A stretch of 64,000 nt of DNA from Podarcis muralis (taxonomy: Eukaryota), in assembly GCF_964188315.1 (NCBI RefSeq), contig NC_135656.1:31000001-31064000 (forward strand). The letters run 5' to 3'. A program made the position numbers and the translations under genes. Below are positions 38,435-52,794 of this stretch, in pieces (the stretch's first letter is position 1; each line of letters begins with the position of its first letter). The notes beneath the pieces are model-generated. The model was not told the DNA's origin. It saw nothing but the letters and a program-made list of their open reading frames with translations, and ran no database searches.

Positions 38435-41400
38435 CATTACTGAGCATCCTGTACAGCAGTGGCACTGTGCAGCTAATGATGATAAACACAATGCTTCTCC
38501 CACACTCTCTTGTCCAACTTGCCTTTTATTAGCTTGGCACTCTGTGAAAAGGCTTTGGCTGAATACCTGGAAACAAAGAGACTGGCTTTCCCCAGATTTT
38601 ACTTCGTATCGTCTGCCGACCTGCTGGATATTTTGTCCAATGGCAACGACCCCGTTGAGGTAGGATATACATTCATGGAATGCTTGGACTTTCTTAAGAA
38701 TTGTTATATTAAAAAAAAATGGGGCCTTGAATCCCAGAGCTTTTACTAGAAATCCGACTTCATCCGAGGCTAAATCACAGATAACTTGGACCTGTACTCA
38801 GTGGGAGCTGATCGGCAACTGGGGAGAGGGGCTGCAAACCCAGTGAGATTTGCACATCTTTGGCATGCAGCAGATCCCAGGTTCAGCCACAATGTCTCCA
38901 GTTTAAAAAGGTTTTCGGGTAGTGGGCTGGGAAAGACCTTGGGGAGCTATTGGCAGTCACAATAGTGGCCTGGTTGGAGTATAGGAGATCCTATGTAGCA
39001 CAGATATTTTAGATTGTTCAGTGCCCATTTCCTTTAGGCTTTCTAAAACGGCTTTCTTTTTAGAAACATTGCTCATACATCTTCATTAGTCCTCTTCTCC
39101 CACCGCTTCTATTTCTATATTTCTAAACTTTGTATCCTAACAATACCGCAATCATCTTCTTGAAGGTATCCCGTCACTTGTCCAAGCTATTTGATAGTAT
39201 GGCCAAGCTGAAATTCAAATTGGATGCAAAAGAGCAGCCTCTGAAGGTTGGCTTGGGAATGTACAGCAAAGAAGACGAGTATGTTGATTTTGACAAGGAG
39301 TGTGACTGTTCTGGACAGGTTAGTGGATATTATTTTAAATTCACTATTGGTCATGTAAACGGAGAGCCAGTGTGGTCTGGTGGTTAGAGTTTTTTACTGG
39401 GACCTGGGAGACATGGGTTCAAATCCCAACTCAGCCGTGAAGCTCTCTGGGTGACTTTGGGCCAGTCACTGCCTCTCAGCCTAAACCTAACCTCACAAGG
39501 TTGTCGTGAGGGGGAGAACCATGTTGGAGAGGAGAAAAGGTGGGATATAAATGAAATAAGTAAAGGAAAATAAATAACCATGAGAGTTTTGCTCCCTAGG
39601 TGGAGGTTTGGCTAAACCGAGTGCTGGAGAGAATGCAGAGCACGTTGCGCAAAGAGATTTCTGAAGCTGTGGTGACTTATGAGGAAAAGCCAAGAGAGCA
39701 ATGGCTATTTGATTACCCGGCACAAGTAAGCAAAAAGGCTAGAGTCAAAATGCAATGTTTATATGTTTAACCTGTGAAGTGCAAAGAAAAAAGGAACAGA
39801 AACAGATGTTCATTCTAATAAGGAGTAAATATAACCAGAGGAACAAAGTGGAGCCATTCAGCATGCTTGTAGGATTAGGCCTTTATAAAGTCTAGTAGGC
39901 AGTGTAGTACCCCCCAGATGTTGTGGACTACAATTCCTATCAGGCTTCTGCCAGCATGACCAGTGGTCAAGGATGCCCAGGGGTCAGCTGGAAGGCACCG
40001 TATGACCAGTTCTTTTCTAGTCACTCATCCCACCAGAGCTGCACATTTGGGGGTCAAGGGGCAGAGCCTGAATTAAGGACAGTTCTGGCATTTCACCTGG
40101 CTTCACCATCTCATAGGTCTCGTTGGCTGTTGTTGCAGATTGCTTTAACATGTACCCAGATCTGGTGGACAACGGAGGTTGGCATTGCCTTTTCACGACT
40201 GGAGGAAGGCTATGAAAACGCTATTAAAGATTACAATAAGAAGCAGGTACATAACAGCAGCCCCCTCTGATTTTGTCAGACTGTGTTCAGATTTGCAGTG
40301 GCAAATTCTTCAGCAGAATAGTAGGCAGTTTTTTGTGTCTACAACATATCACACAGATGTCATCTCAAGCTCTGTCGCTGAATGCAACCGCTGGAGGAGG
40401 AAGGGGGTGCGGTGGGTGTGGCCTGCCTTGCCCCAGGTGTCATCCCTGAGGGGGGATGACATCACCGCCCCGCCCCCAGGTGCCAGAGCAGCTAGCTCCG
40501 CCTCTGAATGCAACTTCCAGTTTTGTGTGGGGGTTTTTTTAGACGAGTAGGTGCAGCAAGCCTCTAGGTCTCATGGTTGTTAAAGATTGGAAACCGCTTA
40601 AATATGTTTATTTTTCTTTCCCCAGATTAACCAGCTAAACACATTAATTACACTACTCATTGGGAACTTAAGCCCAGGAGAGAGAATGAAGATTATGACA
40701 ATCTGTACCATTGATGTCCATGCCAGAGATGTCATTGCCAAAATGATTTTAGCAAAGGTATATGCAGTAAAGACTGTGAAATCATACTTTGCTTTTTGGA
40801 AGCACACATTTTCTTAGAACCTTCTCAAGCCACTTTCGCATAGCAACGTGGTTCTCTTCACTCATTCTTCAACCATCCTTTACTTAGTGAAAGCTAAGGA
40901 CTAGCCCTGTATCATTTCCAGTGAATAAGATTTTCAAAAATGCAAACTTAAGTCCTATCAAGACTCCCCCCAAAAGGATTAAATAGTCAATCCACTATGC
41001 CTGCTTTGGGGGAGTTACTACATTTGAGTTATTAAAGAATATATTGCCCATATATCGAAGACCCTGAAGAAGTACTTTTGCATTGGGCTTCTGATAAATA
41101 TTTATCAGCATGTAGAGGGTGTGGTCTCTCTTTCTGGTGGTTTGTTGGGGGGTAAATAATCTTTATAGGCTCTGAAGTAGAAGGCTATTCAATCTGCGCT
41201 TATGTCTAGAAAGTTGCCAAAGGAACTAAGTATGAGGTCTCTGTGGCGCAACGGGTCAGTGCGTCTGGCTGCTAAGCAGAAGGTTGGTGGTTCAAGCCCA
41301 CCCAGGGACGGCTGTGGGTAGGATTCCTACGTTGCAAGGGGTTGGACTTGATAATCCTTGGGGTCCTTTCCAACTCTACAGTTCTGTGGTTCTATAAAAC

Positions 41401-44400
41401 TTTAAACCATTAGGAGCCTCCTACACATAAAAGCTTATGTGGATAGCAAAGGAGCTAAGCAGGAACCACCGGAAATTTATTATGGTTTCGCATTTGGGTT
41501 GCAGGTGGAAAGCTCCCAGGCATTTACCTGGCAGTCTCAACTTAGGCATCGTTGGGATGATGAAAAGGGACACTGCTATGCCAATATATGTGACGCTCAG
41601 CTCCAATATTCCTATGAGTACCTTGGCAACACTCCACGGCTGGTGATCACGCCACTCACTGACCGGTATGAGCTGCTTAGCTTGCAATAGCCTTCAGCCT
41701 GGCCCAACGCATGTTCTTAGGGCATGTGCTGGTGAGGATGATGCCAAATGTCTATCTTTTTGCAGGTGTTACATCACCCTGACACAGTCCCTCCACTTGA
41801 TCATGGGAGGAGCTCCTGCAGGCCCTGCTGGCACAGGGAAGACAGAGACCACCAAAGACTTGGGAAGGGCAGTGGGGATCATGGTGTACGTCTTCAACTG
41901 CTCTGAGCAAATGGACTATAAGGTAAAGATCTAGCCAGTAAAAGTAACAGTGGGTCATATCTGAGTCCCTAATTCAGACAAAAAGCACCCAAAGTCATCC
42001 CCGAAGTCAGGAGTGTGAGGTAAACAGCAATCCATTCAGAGGTATAATTACACTTTCCTAGAATTTTGTGTACCTGCAGGGACATCTGTTATTTTTTAAA
42101 AACATTGTACCTTTTTCTAACACATTACAGCTTTGTAGAATAAAATGGGCACTGTAAAACACTGAGGTGCTCTTCTGCTGGTTCCCTCACTATGAGAGGT
42201 GAAGTTACAGGAAACCAAGCAGAGGGCCTTCTCGGTAGTGGCACCCTCCATGTGGAACGCCCTCCTATCAGGTGTCAAGGAGATAAAGAACTACACAACT
42301 TTTAAGACATCTGAAGGCAGGCCTGTTTTGGGAGGTTTTTAATGCGTGAAGTTTTTATTATGTTTTAGATATGCTGTAAGCCTCCCAGAGTGGCTGGAGA
42401 AATTTATACCCAGTAGGGCAGGGTATAAATAATAACAAATTCATCATCATTATTATTATTATTATTATTTATTACAGACACAGATCTACATTTTGTTTCA
42501 AGTACAATCATACCTTGGAAGTCAAACAGAATCTGTTCTGGAATTCCATTTGACTTCTAAAGCATTCAAAAACCAAAGTGCGGCTTCTGATTGGCTGCAG
42601 GAAGGTCCTGCAGCCAATTGGAAGCCACAGAAGCCCCATCAGACGTTCGGCTTCCAAAAGAATGTTCAAAAACCAGAACAGTTGCCTCCAGGCTTGGATT
42701 GTTCGGGAGCCAAAACTTTCAAGAACTAAGCTGTTCGAAAACCCAGATACAACTGTATACCTTATTATATCGCTAAAAGCTTCCTAGAAAACAAGAGGCT
42801 GCTCGTTCCTTCCAGCACTTCCTCTCTTCCCACCCATCTGTTCTTGTGCTACAATGTGTTTTCCTGTGTTTTAAAATATAGCAAAACAATACATAAACAG
42901 GATATATTAACTAGTTAATTGATTGAATGTGATGGTCCACAAACAAATGCCTGTGCCTTTCCTTTCTAGTCCTGCGGAAATATCTACAAAGGATTGTCCC
43001 AGACAGGTGCATGGGGATGTTTTGATGAATTCAATCGGATTTCGGTGGAAGTCTTGTCCGTAATTGCTGTACAGGTAAAGATTCTCCTTAGGTTTCCTTT
43101 CATTGTGTGCAAATAGCCTGGATTTCATAGTCCTTCCAGCTTTCAGTCAAATGCTGGCCATTCGTCTCTAGGATCAATACAAGTCCCCTGGGAATGATAG
43201 GCTGTAAGGAGGAGGTAGCTATTTCTATTCTGTCTTTGGTTTGCCACAATCAGCACTTTTCCATTCCTCTGCAGTTCAGTTTCCACTAAAACCTACGCCA
43301 TTTGTCTCACTATCTGCTATGACTGAAACTTACATAATGCAATGTAATGGGATGTAATGAAATGTAATTAATTTAACTTATTAAATTCTGCTGCGGCCCA
43401 ATGGATTGGCTGTTCTAGGTGACAGTTGAGGGAGAACCCTGATGCCATCAGTGTCACATCTGCAACCAGCCAGATTTAGCATTCTGGTAACATTATGAGG
43501 TCGGGACACAGGTGGCGCTGTGGTCTAAACCACAGAGCCTAGGGCTTGCCGATCAGAAGGTCGGCGGTTCAAATCCCCACGATGGGGTGAGCTCCCGTTG
43601 CTCGGTCCCTGCGCCTTCCCACCTAGCAGTTCAAAAGCACGTCAAAGTGCAAGTAGATAAATAGGTACCGCTCCAGCGGGAAGGTAAACGGCGTTTCGGT
43701 ATGCTGCTCTGGTTCGCCAGAAGCGGCTTAGTCATGCTGGCCACATGACCCGGAAGCTATCTGCAGACAAATGCCAGCTCCCTCGGCCTATAGAGCGAGA
43801 TGAGCACGCAACCCCAGAGTCATCCGCGACTGGACCTAATAGTCAGGGGTACCTTTACCTTTACCTTTACCTTTAACATTATGAGGTCAGTTCAGAGCGA
43901 GGAAGTACTCTCCTCATTTCCGTATGAGTAAATTTGCCAGTCAATGAAGCTGGGCCCCACAAAATTGCTTCAAGGAGGAGAGGAATCTGCAGCTTGCAGA
44001 AGCTTGTGCAGAAGGCCTCCTACTCCTCACACGTCATTTTAAGTCAAGCCTAGTTTGTTGAGTATCCTGGATCTTGGTTAGCTCAAGTGTGCAATTATTT
44101 CCTAGTTCTTGATGCATCCTACATGCCTTTAGGTTTCATTGACTGCAGTTGGTTATGGAAAAACTTGTTAATATGTCTGCATTTAAACATTCTTCAGCAC
44201 CATATTTCATTACCTTACTGAAGACCTCATAGGAACAGCTCTTAAGACTTTGTTTTACTTGAAAGGTTAAATGTGTTCAAGATGCCATAAGAGCCAAAAA
44301 GAAGGTTTTCAACTTCCTTGGAGAGACCATTTCTCTTATTCCAACCGTTGGAATGTTTATTACTATGAATCCTGGATATGCTGGCCGTACTGAGCTGCCT

Positions 44401-47400
44401 GAAAATTTGAAAGCTTTGTTCAGGTACTAACATGCAGCCACTATTCTGGGGGAAATGAACTGGTAAGGGATTATCACAAAAATGTATGAGCTGGCCAGAT
44501 TCCTTGGGCAGCAGAGTTGGGATGCCTCTGCCCAGCCAGCCAGCCTCCCTCCTTCCCTCCCCGGGCTCCTAATACCTTTGCTGTCTCCTGTCTGAGAAAG
44601 GTGCAGGCACTTGCTTCATTCTTCCCGCACCCATCACTTCTGGCCAAGTTCCAGGCCCATGCTTCTTTCTTGCATGCCTCACTTCCCCCACCTCCATTGC
44701 CATTTTGCCACAGTCATGTAATGTGTCACTCTGCCCAGAGAAGTAATGTGGGAGTAGTAGCGCCAATGAGATTTATTGAGCTATTGAGGATAGGGGCACA
44801 TGAAGGATACCATGAATAGATTTGGAAAGCATGTTGAGAGAAGAGAGAGTTACTCTTTTGCACAGGCTTGGATCGCCAACATGGAAGCTCTCGGGGGTCA
44901 GAGCAGATTATACAGTGTGTAAAACAGTGGAAACAAAACGAGACCGAGTGTAAGTGGGAAATGAATGTGGGCGTTTGAAATTAATCATATCTGACATTTG
45001 CACTGAATATTCACTGCAGCCTAAAGGAAAGATTGACTGTTGTCTCTGCAGCGTAATCGCACCAGATGTTAATTGTCTCATTTCTCTCTTTTCAGGCCCT
45101 GTGCGATGGTTGTTCCTGATTTCGAGCTTATCTGTGAAATCATGCTTGTTGCTGAAGGTTTCATTGAAGCCAGGCTTCTAGCTAGGAAGTTTATTACTCT
45201 CTACACACTGTGTAAGGAGCTGCTTTCAAAGCAGGTAATTGAACATTGTTCACCAAGCCTGTTTGACACTAGTTTTTTTAGTGCAGTGAAGAGTTTGCAA
45301 GAGTATGCTGACAGGGCATTTTAAAATTTTTTACTTAAAAGTGGTTGTATTCCACCCCAAACTTCATCCTGTCATAGAAAATCAGCAGGGATATACAGAG
45401 GTAGAATACAGTCATACCTCAGGTTGAATATGCTTCATGTTGAGCGCGTTCGAGTTGCGCTTCGCAGCAACCTGGAAGTAATGGAGTGTGTTACTTCCGG
45501 GTTTTGCCGCTTGCGTATGCGCAGATGCTCAAAATGACATCATGCACAGAAGCAGCGAAAAGCGACCCACCCGCGGTCAGATGTGCCATTGCTAGTTACG
45601 TTTGCTTCTGGATACAAATGGGGCTCCGGAACGGATCCCGTTTGCATCCCGAGGTACCACTGTATTGGAATGTTAAAAAATGGCTGCCTCTCACCACTCA
45701 CCTCCAGAAATGAGCCCAAAACCTTATGGCTATGGTAACAAAAGGTGCCCATGCTACTGTACCCACCTCAGAGGAACATAAACAACTTTCCTTGCCTTCT
45801 TTGAAAGTGGAGGGGTGCCTTTCCTGACTTGTTTTAAGCGATGTCCTTCTGTTTACGTGCAATGCGAAGTTGTTGCCATATGTCTGACAGGATCACTATG
45901 ACTGGGGTTTGAGAGCTATCAAGTCTGTGCTAGTGGTGGCTGGTTCACTCAAGAGAGGAGACCCAGGACGGGCAGAAGACCAGGTTCTCATGAGAGCTTT
46001 GCGAGACTTTAACATCCCCAAGATTGTGACGGATGACTTGCCTGTCTTCATGGGACTCATCGGAGACCTTTTCCCAGCGCTGGATGTGCCTAGGAAGCGT
46101 GATCTAAACTTTGAAAAGGTGAATCTGCTTTAGTTGGCCATGAAGCAGTATAATTAAGAGATTTGAATGTCTGGCCTCTTTTGTGTGTGTGACTTCATTG
46201 GGGAAAACCCTGTTGCCACGGAGACCTCTGGAAAAGAGCCCTGCTCAGAAAGCTTTTGGTGATTTGTTCATTTTCTTGTTTGGACACCTGGGATTGTATC
46301 TGCACAATAATCCCATCATTTATAGCAGATCATGGCTTCAGTTCTATACCAGCCCTGGGACTGAGGAATGAGCCCCTGAACAAGAATTACACCCCCTGGT
46401 ACACTGGGGCTTGGACTTGTAAACACATTTCTTGTCTTCTCAGATAATCAAACAGTCCGTTCTGGAGCTCAAGCTACAACCTGAGGAGAGTTTTGTGCTG
46501 AAGGTGGTACAGCTGGAAGAGTTACTCCAAGTTCGGCATTCTGTGTTTGTGATTGGAAATGCAGGCTGTGGCAAATCTCAGGTAGGAGCTATGAGCCTAC
46601 GGTTAGGGCTCCATCACTAGGGAGTCCATTCCAAAACATCATGATAATTAGCAAGCGACTCATTGTTCAAGTGATCCACAGCCCCAAAGAGTAGAAAAAT
46701 AGCTTTGTGAGATACATTAAACTGGAACAAAAGGTACAGTTTGGGGGTGGTTGTGTTTTGATATTCTCTGATGGTTACAGAAGCAGTCGGAAGCTCCATC
46801 CCAGTCTGCCTTTCTCCTGACAGGTTCTGAAATCTCTGAATAAAACTTACCAGCTGATGAAAAGAAAACCTGTAGCTATTGACCTTGACCCTAAAGCTGT
46901 AACCTGTGATGAACTATTTGGAATCATTAATCCTGCTACCAGAGAATGGAAAGATGGTAGGAACTAATCCCAGAAATAATGAGTAGTATAAATCTCCAGA
47001 TACACAAAAAGGAGAAACATTATACCTTAGGGCTGTATCCTAGAAGCGTGAAGTTTCAATTCCAAGATTTTCTTCTCAGAAGACAAAACCCAAACCCTAC
47101 CTTGACAGCATTGTCAAAATTTTGCTTCCACGTGAGATTTCTGCTGAAACTAATCAGATTTTTTACATTTTCTTTCCAGCATTGATCCTTTTCCAGACCC
47201 AATAGGTTCTTTTTCAGCATGGGGAAATGGCTGGGCACCAGGACTGACCTGATGCATTTTTAATTAGTGATGTTGTTCAAATTTTTGACATTTAAAAGTG
47301 CTTCCGTATGAAAGTATGAGTTGTAAATTGCTTTTGATCTCCCACCCCTAGCCCCATGGTTGTTTGTGCTAGTTTCAGCAGAGCAAATCTCAAGAAATAA

Positions 47401-50400
47401 TTTTTTTCAAAATGTACTTATTCTGAAATCCCCTTAAACTGGTTTGACAACAATTACCCAAAACAAGGAAGTTGCCAGTGATTCTACATAAGAATTTCTG
47501 GCTCAAATCAGGCTCCCAGGTTTCCTCTAGTTATTCAGAGTCATGAGATTTGATATTCTCTAAGGTGAACGCCATATAAATTGGGTCCCTCTAGACCAGG
47601 GATGGGGAGCCTGTGTCTCTTCCAGATGTTGCAGAACAACCCCTATTTGCCCCTGCCAGCTTGGAGGAGTGACATGGAAGAGTCACAGGCTTCTGTGATG
47701 AACTATCATATCTGTAATGATAATAATAATATATTTATACCCCACCTATCTGACTGGGTTTCCCCAGCCACTCTGGGTGGCTTCCAACAGAAAATTAAAA
47801 ACACAATAAAACATCAAACATTAAAAACTTCCCTAAACAGGGCTGCCTTCAGATGTCTTCTAAAAGTCAGGTAGTTGTTTATTTCCTTGACATCTACTGG
47901 GAGAGCGTTCCACAGGGCAGGCGCCACTACCGAGAAGGCCCTGCTTGGTTCCCTGTAACCTCACTTCTCGCAGTGAGGGAACCACCAGAAGGCCCTCGGA
48001 GCTGGACCTCAGTGTCCAGGCTGAACGATGGGAGTGGAGACGCTCCTTCAGGTATACTGGACCGATGTTATATACAAACAACATTTAGAAGCTGTACTTC
48101 TCAAATGATTTCTCTACGTCAAAAGTTCAGTGTGAATTTCTCTGTGTTCCTCGTAGGCTTGTTTTCAACAATCATGCGTGATCTTGCTAATATAACTCAT
48201 CGTGGACCAAAATGGATCGTTCTGGATGGGGATATCGATCCGATGTGGATTGAGTCTTTGAATACGGTTATGGATGACAACAAGGTCAGTACAGGAAGTC
48301 AGAGATAAAATTGTTGGTTTCCACATCAGCAAGATGAAGTAGTAGTCACGCCATCCTTGTTTCTCTCCCTCCTAGGTGCTCACCCTAGCAAGCAATGAGC
48401 GAATCCCACTAAATCCCACCATGAGGCTTGTGTTTGAGATCAGCCACCTAAGAACAGCAACACCCGCCACAGTGTCCAGAGCAGGAATCTTGTACATTAA
48501 CCCTGCTGACCTTGGCTGGAATCCGTGAGTTTGAGTTCCCTTTGAGTATATGAGTGTCTTCCTTTGCCAGCAAAAGCAAGTTTCTTCATGGCATACAGAG
48601 GAAAAGCTTTCATCCCTTGATGCATTCATTTATTTACTTTTAAATATTTCTAAGCCACTTCATATATTATTTTTAAAAATCAACATAAAAGCACCCTAAA
48701 ACAATATTATAACCATACATAAATCCAATGGTGCAGGTCTAGTTCTCATGGATCAGGGGCAGCCTGCGCAAAGAGATGCATCTTTACAAGACTTCTGTAG
48801 TAAATAATTGATGGTGCATATCTATGTTTTGACATAGATGTGACTGTTTGTGTTTAATGAAGGTGGATGAGAGAAAGCAAGTTCCAAGGTGGCTTCTTGT
48901 TAAACGTCTTCTTCTTCTGCTTTGGCAATCACTCGTAGCCGAGTAAGATTGTCTTCCAATAAACACGGTTTTAACAATGAGTCCATAAGTGACTGTGGAG
49001 GCCAATTATGGATCCACACGTCCTTCTGCAGTGGGGACATTGTTTCCTGGGTGGGAGTTGATCACGCTGTAGATTTGCCAAGCATACCTTCCTCTTAGCA
49101 CGTTTCTCCCTTGCGTCCTGAGTTTGAGTGTCTTCAAAGTCCACGACACCTTTGGTAAAGGCTGTTCTCCAACTGGAGCGCTCACAGGCCAGTGTTTCCC
49201 AGTTGTCGGTGTTTATGCTACATTTTTAAAGATTTGCCTTGAGACAGTCTTTAAACCTCTTAGGAATCTTTCTTCCCCTAGCTGGCCCCGCCTCTCTGCA
49301 GGGCTGATTGGTTAACTGAAGTTTGGCGGGAATCTCCAATGACTAGCGCAGGGAGGCAGGCCAGCCCAACTAACTGGTGGGTCCCACTGTAAAGGGCACC
49401 CACAAAGGAAGGTGTGAGCGCTCATTATTAACCAGACTCATCCCCCCTCCACTAGGTTCCCCAATAAATTGAAGAGTGTAATTGGTCTGATTTTGCTGTT
49501 GAATTTCATTTTAGTAATTTTTGGGTGCACTGCCTATGTTATCTGTTGCTGGTCTCCCAATATCTTACTTTTTTGTTATATTCCTTTGGGTGCCTAGAGA
49601 CCATTGGTATTTGCCATTGAGATTCAAGCCCCATGCTAAAATTTTGGTTTGTGCTTTTAAAGCGGAGTAAAGGGTTCTGTGATCTAGCACAGCAGATCCA
49701 CTTCTTTTTTAAGCAAACTTTTTGTGGTTTTGGAAGTGCTTTGAAAAGTGTGACATGACTGAATCAATAAACACCTCACAAGCAAGATTTGCACAAGCAG
49801 ATCAAGATGAATGTTGAAAAAAGGGCATCTGGTGGAGCTTTGGAGTTTTTTTAATTGTAAACCATCATGAAAGGGATGAAATGAATAAATAACACGTTTC
49901 CCATTATAAAGAAATTTGCAGTCCTTCTTACTGCAAACCATTTTATAAGTAGGAAAATTATTGTGATGATTAAAGATTATGACTTACCTATGAACACTGG
50001 GTTCAGTCATGAAATTTATTTGAATCTAGCACTAAACACCCTCCCCTAGCCATTGGGCTCTTGTTATGTCACAGGTTCATGTTTTCTTGTTCTGCAAAAT
50101 AAAGATCTACTGAGGCCTTAATTTCATCATCAATGGGATATCAGCAAGGTGAATTGAAAAATGGAGGTTAGGATCTGAAATTGTAGTGAGACAAATGCAG
50201 TGCTTCGCTTCCTACAACACATGTGGCTCATGTTACTATAATAGGGAAGCAAGTTACATGTTGCCCTGCAGCCGAATAAGAAAATGGTTCCTCTGCACTC
50301 TGAAAACGATGCAGTTTAAGTAAGAGGAAGGAGGTATAATGCTTGCCTAAAGTAGAATGTACATGTTCCATGCATGAGAGAATGCATCACATTGAATAAG

Positions 50401-52749
50401 TAATTTTATATCACCGTACAGAGTGGTGAGCAGCTGGATTGAGCGCCGGGAAGTACAGTCTGAAAAAGCCAATTTGATGATCCTGTTTGACAAATACTTG
50501 CCCACGTGTTTGGATAAGCTGAAGTTTGGGTTCAAGAAGATAACCCCTGTACCTGAAGTGACGGTGATACAAACGATCCTGTACCTTCTAGAATGCCTCT
50601 TAACCCCAGTCAACACGCCTCCGGATTCTTCCAAAGAGCTGTACGAGCTCTATTTTGTCTTTGCTTGTTTCTGGGCCTTTGGAGGAGCGATGTTCCAAGA
50701 TCAGGTACCTTTAGAAATTTAAATTACTGTGTTCTGCTTCCATACCTTCAGGGTGTTATTGCCCAGTGGTGCATTAAGCAGCATTTATGTGCACAGGGGC
50801 CATTTTTCTAGGTGCCTCTTCAAACGCTACCCCAATGACAAGGCTGGCACCAAAAATTGCTTCCTTGTGGCTGTGGTAACCTTTTAAATCTGCTTTCTGT
50901 GCATCCTGCCTGGATTGCTTGGTGCTCTGTCAGTGCCACATTTCCCATGAGGGCACAGCTGTGTGGAACCCCAGCCACATCACTCTCTCTTAGGGAAGCA
51001 GCATGTCTGTATTCACATTTTTTTAATTGTTTGGTTTTGATAGGATTCGTTTTTTATGTTTCTGACATTCTCTGTGGCCACTTAATATATCTATGATCAA
51101 AGAAACATAAAAAGCATGTTAAATGTCCCTCTTTTCCTCACCAGCTTGTAGACTATCGTGTGGAGTTCAGCAAATGGTGGGTGAATGAGTTTAAAACCAT
51201 CAAGTTTCCTTCTCAGGGGACTATTTTTGACTATTACATTGACTCAGATACGAAAAAGTTCATGCCTTGGACTGATAAAGTGCCTGCATTTGAGTTGGAT
51301 CCAGACGTCCCATTGCAGGTAATGGCTAAAACCCATTTTTCTTCCCGTTCATATTTCATTTTAATTGCTTTTCCCCTATGGTGCTACAAAATAGAAACCA
51401 GTGCTGAGGAAAATTCCTGCATCAGCTCAGTATCCCAGTAAAGAGTGGGAAGAGTATGCTAAGAGTGTACTTGGTTTATATACGTAGCAATATGTCTGCC
51501 TCAAGTCACAGGGTTCCTGCTCCATCCCACAGATTCAGGTATTCAGTCTTGTTTACATGCTTATTTAGGCACGGGGCAACAACAAAAAGAGCCAGTGGCT
51601 ACTAGTTATGGCATATGCAGGAATTTGCTTCTGGCATGCCATCAGTGCAGAAGCATTGCAGTTCATCAGTTGGGAGGCAAATGCTCATTCATGCAAGGAT
51701 AAGAAGACATAGAAAATTACATCTGGAGAAGGACAAAACTGCATCATGTATGGTTTTTCAGAGCTCTATTATTATTACATTTATATTTTAGCTTCCCTTA
51801 AAGGAGCTCACAAAGGAAGTGGTGTATACGGTCCTCTCTCCCAGTTTATCCTCACAACAACCCTGTGAGGTGGGTTAGACTGAGAGGAAAGTACTCCTTG
51901 CGGCAGTAGACACACATGAGTAATTTAGATATTTCAGCCTTGCAGCTCGGTTAGTAAAGCCACTGCTACTAATCTGGTCATTCCTCAGACAAATAAGTGA
52001 ATTCCTGCAATGCTAGAGGAAATCCTTTGAATTTCCATAGAGCCCTAGACAACAGCCCTAGACAACTCTCAGTGATGAATCAACCTCACTTGTTAAAATC
52101 ACATTTATTAGGTCTGATAGGAATTTACTGATGTAGCTTCTTGTGAGGTCTTCACAAGAGTCCTGTTGCAAAGCCAGATGAGAAAATGATTTTCCTATTA
52201 ATATTATTAAAAATTATTTTTACTTTTCAGGTTTATACATTTCACTAATTTTACAATCGTATTGACATTACAAAACTTGACTTCCTTCCCCCTCTTTTCT
52301 GTAGTTCCTTAAATTTATTTTCAATATATTCATCATATCCAAATTAACTTAATTTGCTCATTTATTCATCTTCTTTAAATATATACTCTTATGAAACTGC
52401 AGGAAAACGATTTTCCATGCACTTCTGCTTTACTGTGTCTTCAGAGGAATATTCTGCCAGAGAGTGCCTTCAGCCATGTGGTTTATGTTGTTCAAACTTT
52501 GTAAGGAGGTTCTTTTCACTCTGCTTTTGCAGGCCTCAATGGTCCACACAACAGAAACCATCCGGATTCGCTATTTCATGGATCTCTTAATGGCAAAGAA
52601 ATGGCCTGTGATGCTAGTTGGGAATGCAGGCACTGGGAAGTCAGTGCTAATGGTAGATAAGCTGGACACCCTCAACACAGATGATTACTTGGTGCAATCT
52701 GTCCCCTTTAATTTCTACACAACCTCAGCAATGCTGCAATGTAAGGAGG

Positions 52750-52794
<45 letters not shown>

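Noticed and set aside
41237-41310. Possible tRNA gene (Asn-like, anticodon reading GCT)
   Set aside because: It has multiple stem mismatches and runs directly into a SINE body and CR1 tail, so it is a SINE head. The same applies to the Ile-like head ending at 59230.
17405-44265. Four AAG-type acceptors (exons 10, 27, 30, 37), and a search for U12 introns
   Set aside because: Four of 52 coding-region introns is within the ordinary range. No donor matches the U12 consensus RTATCCTT.
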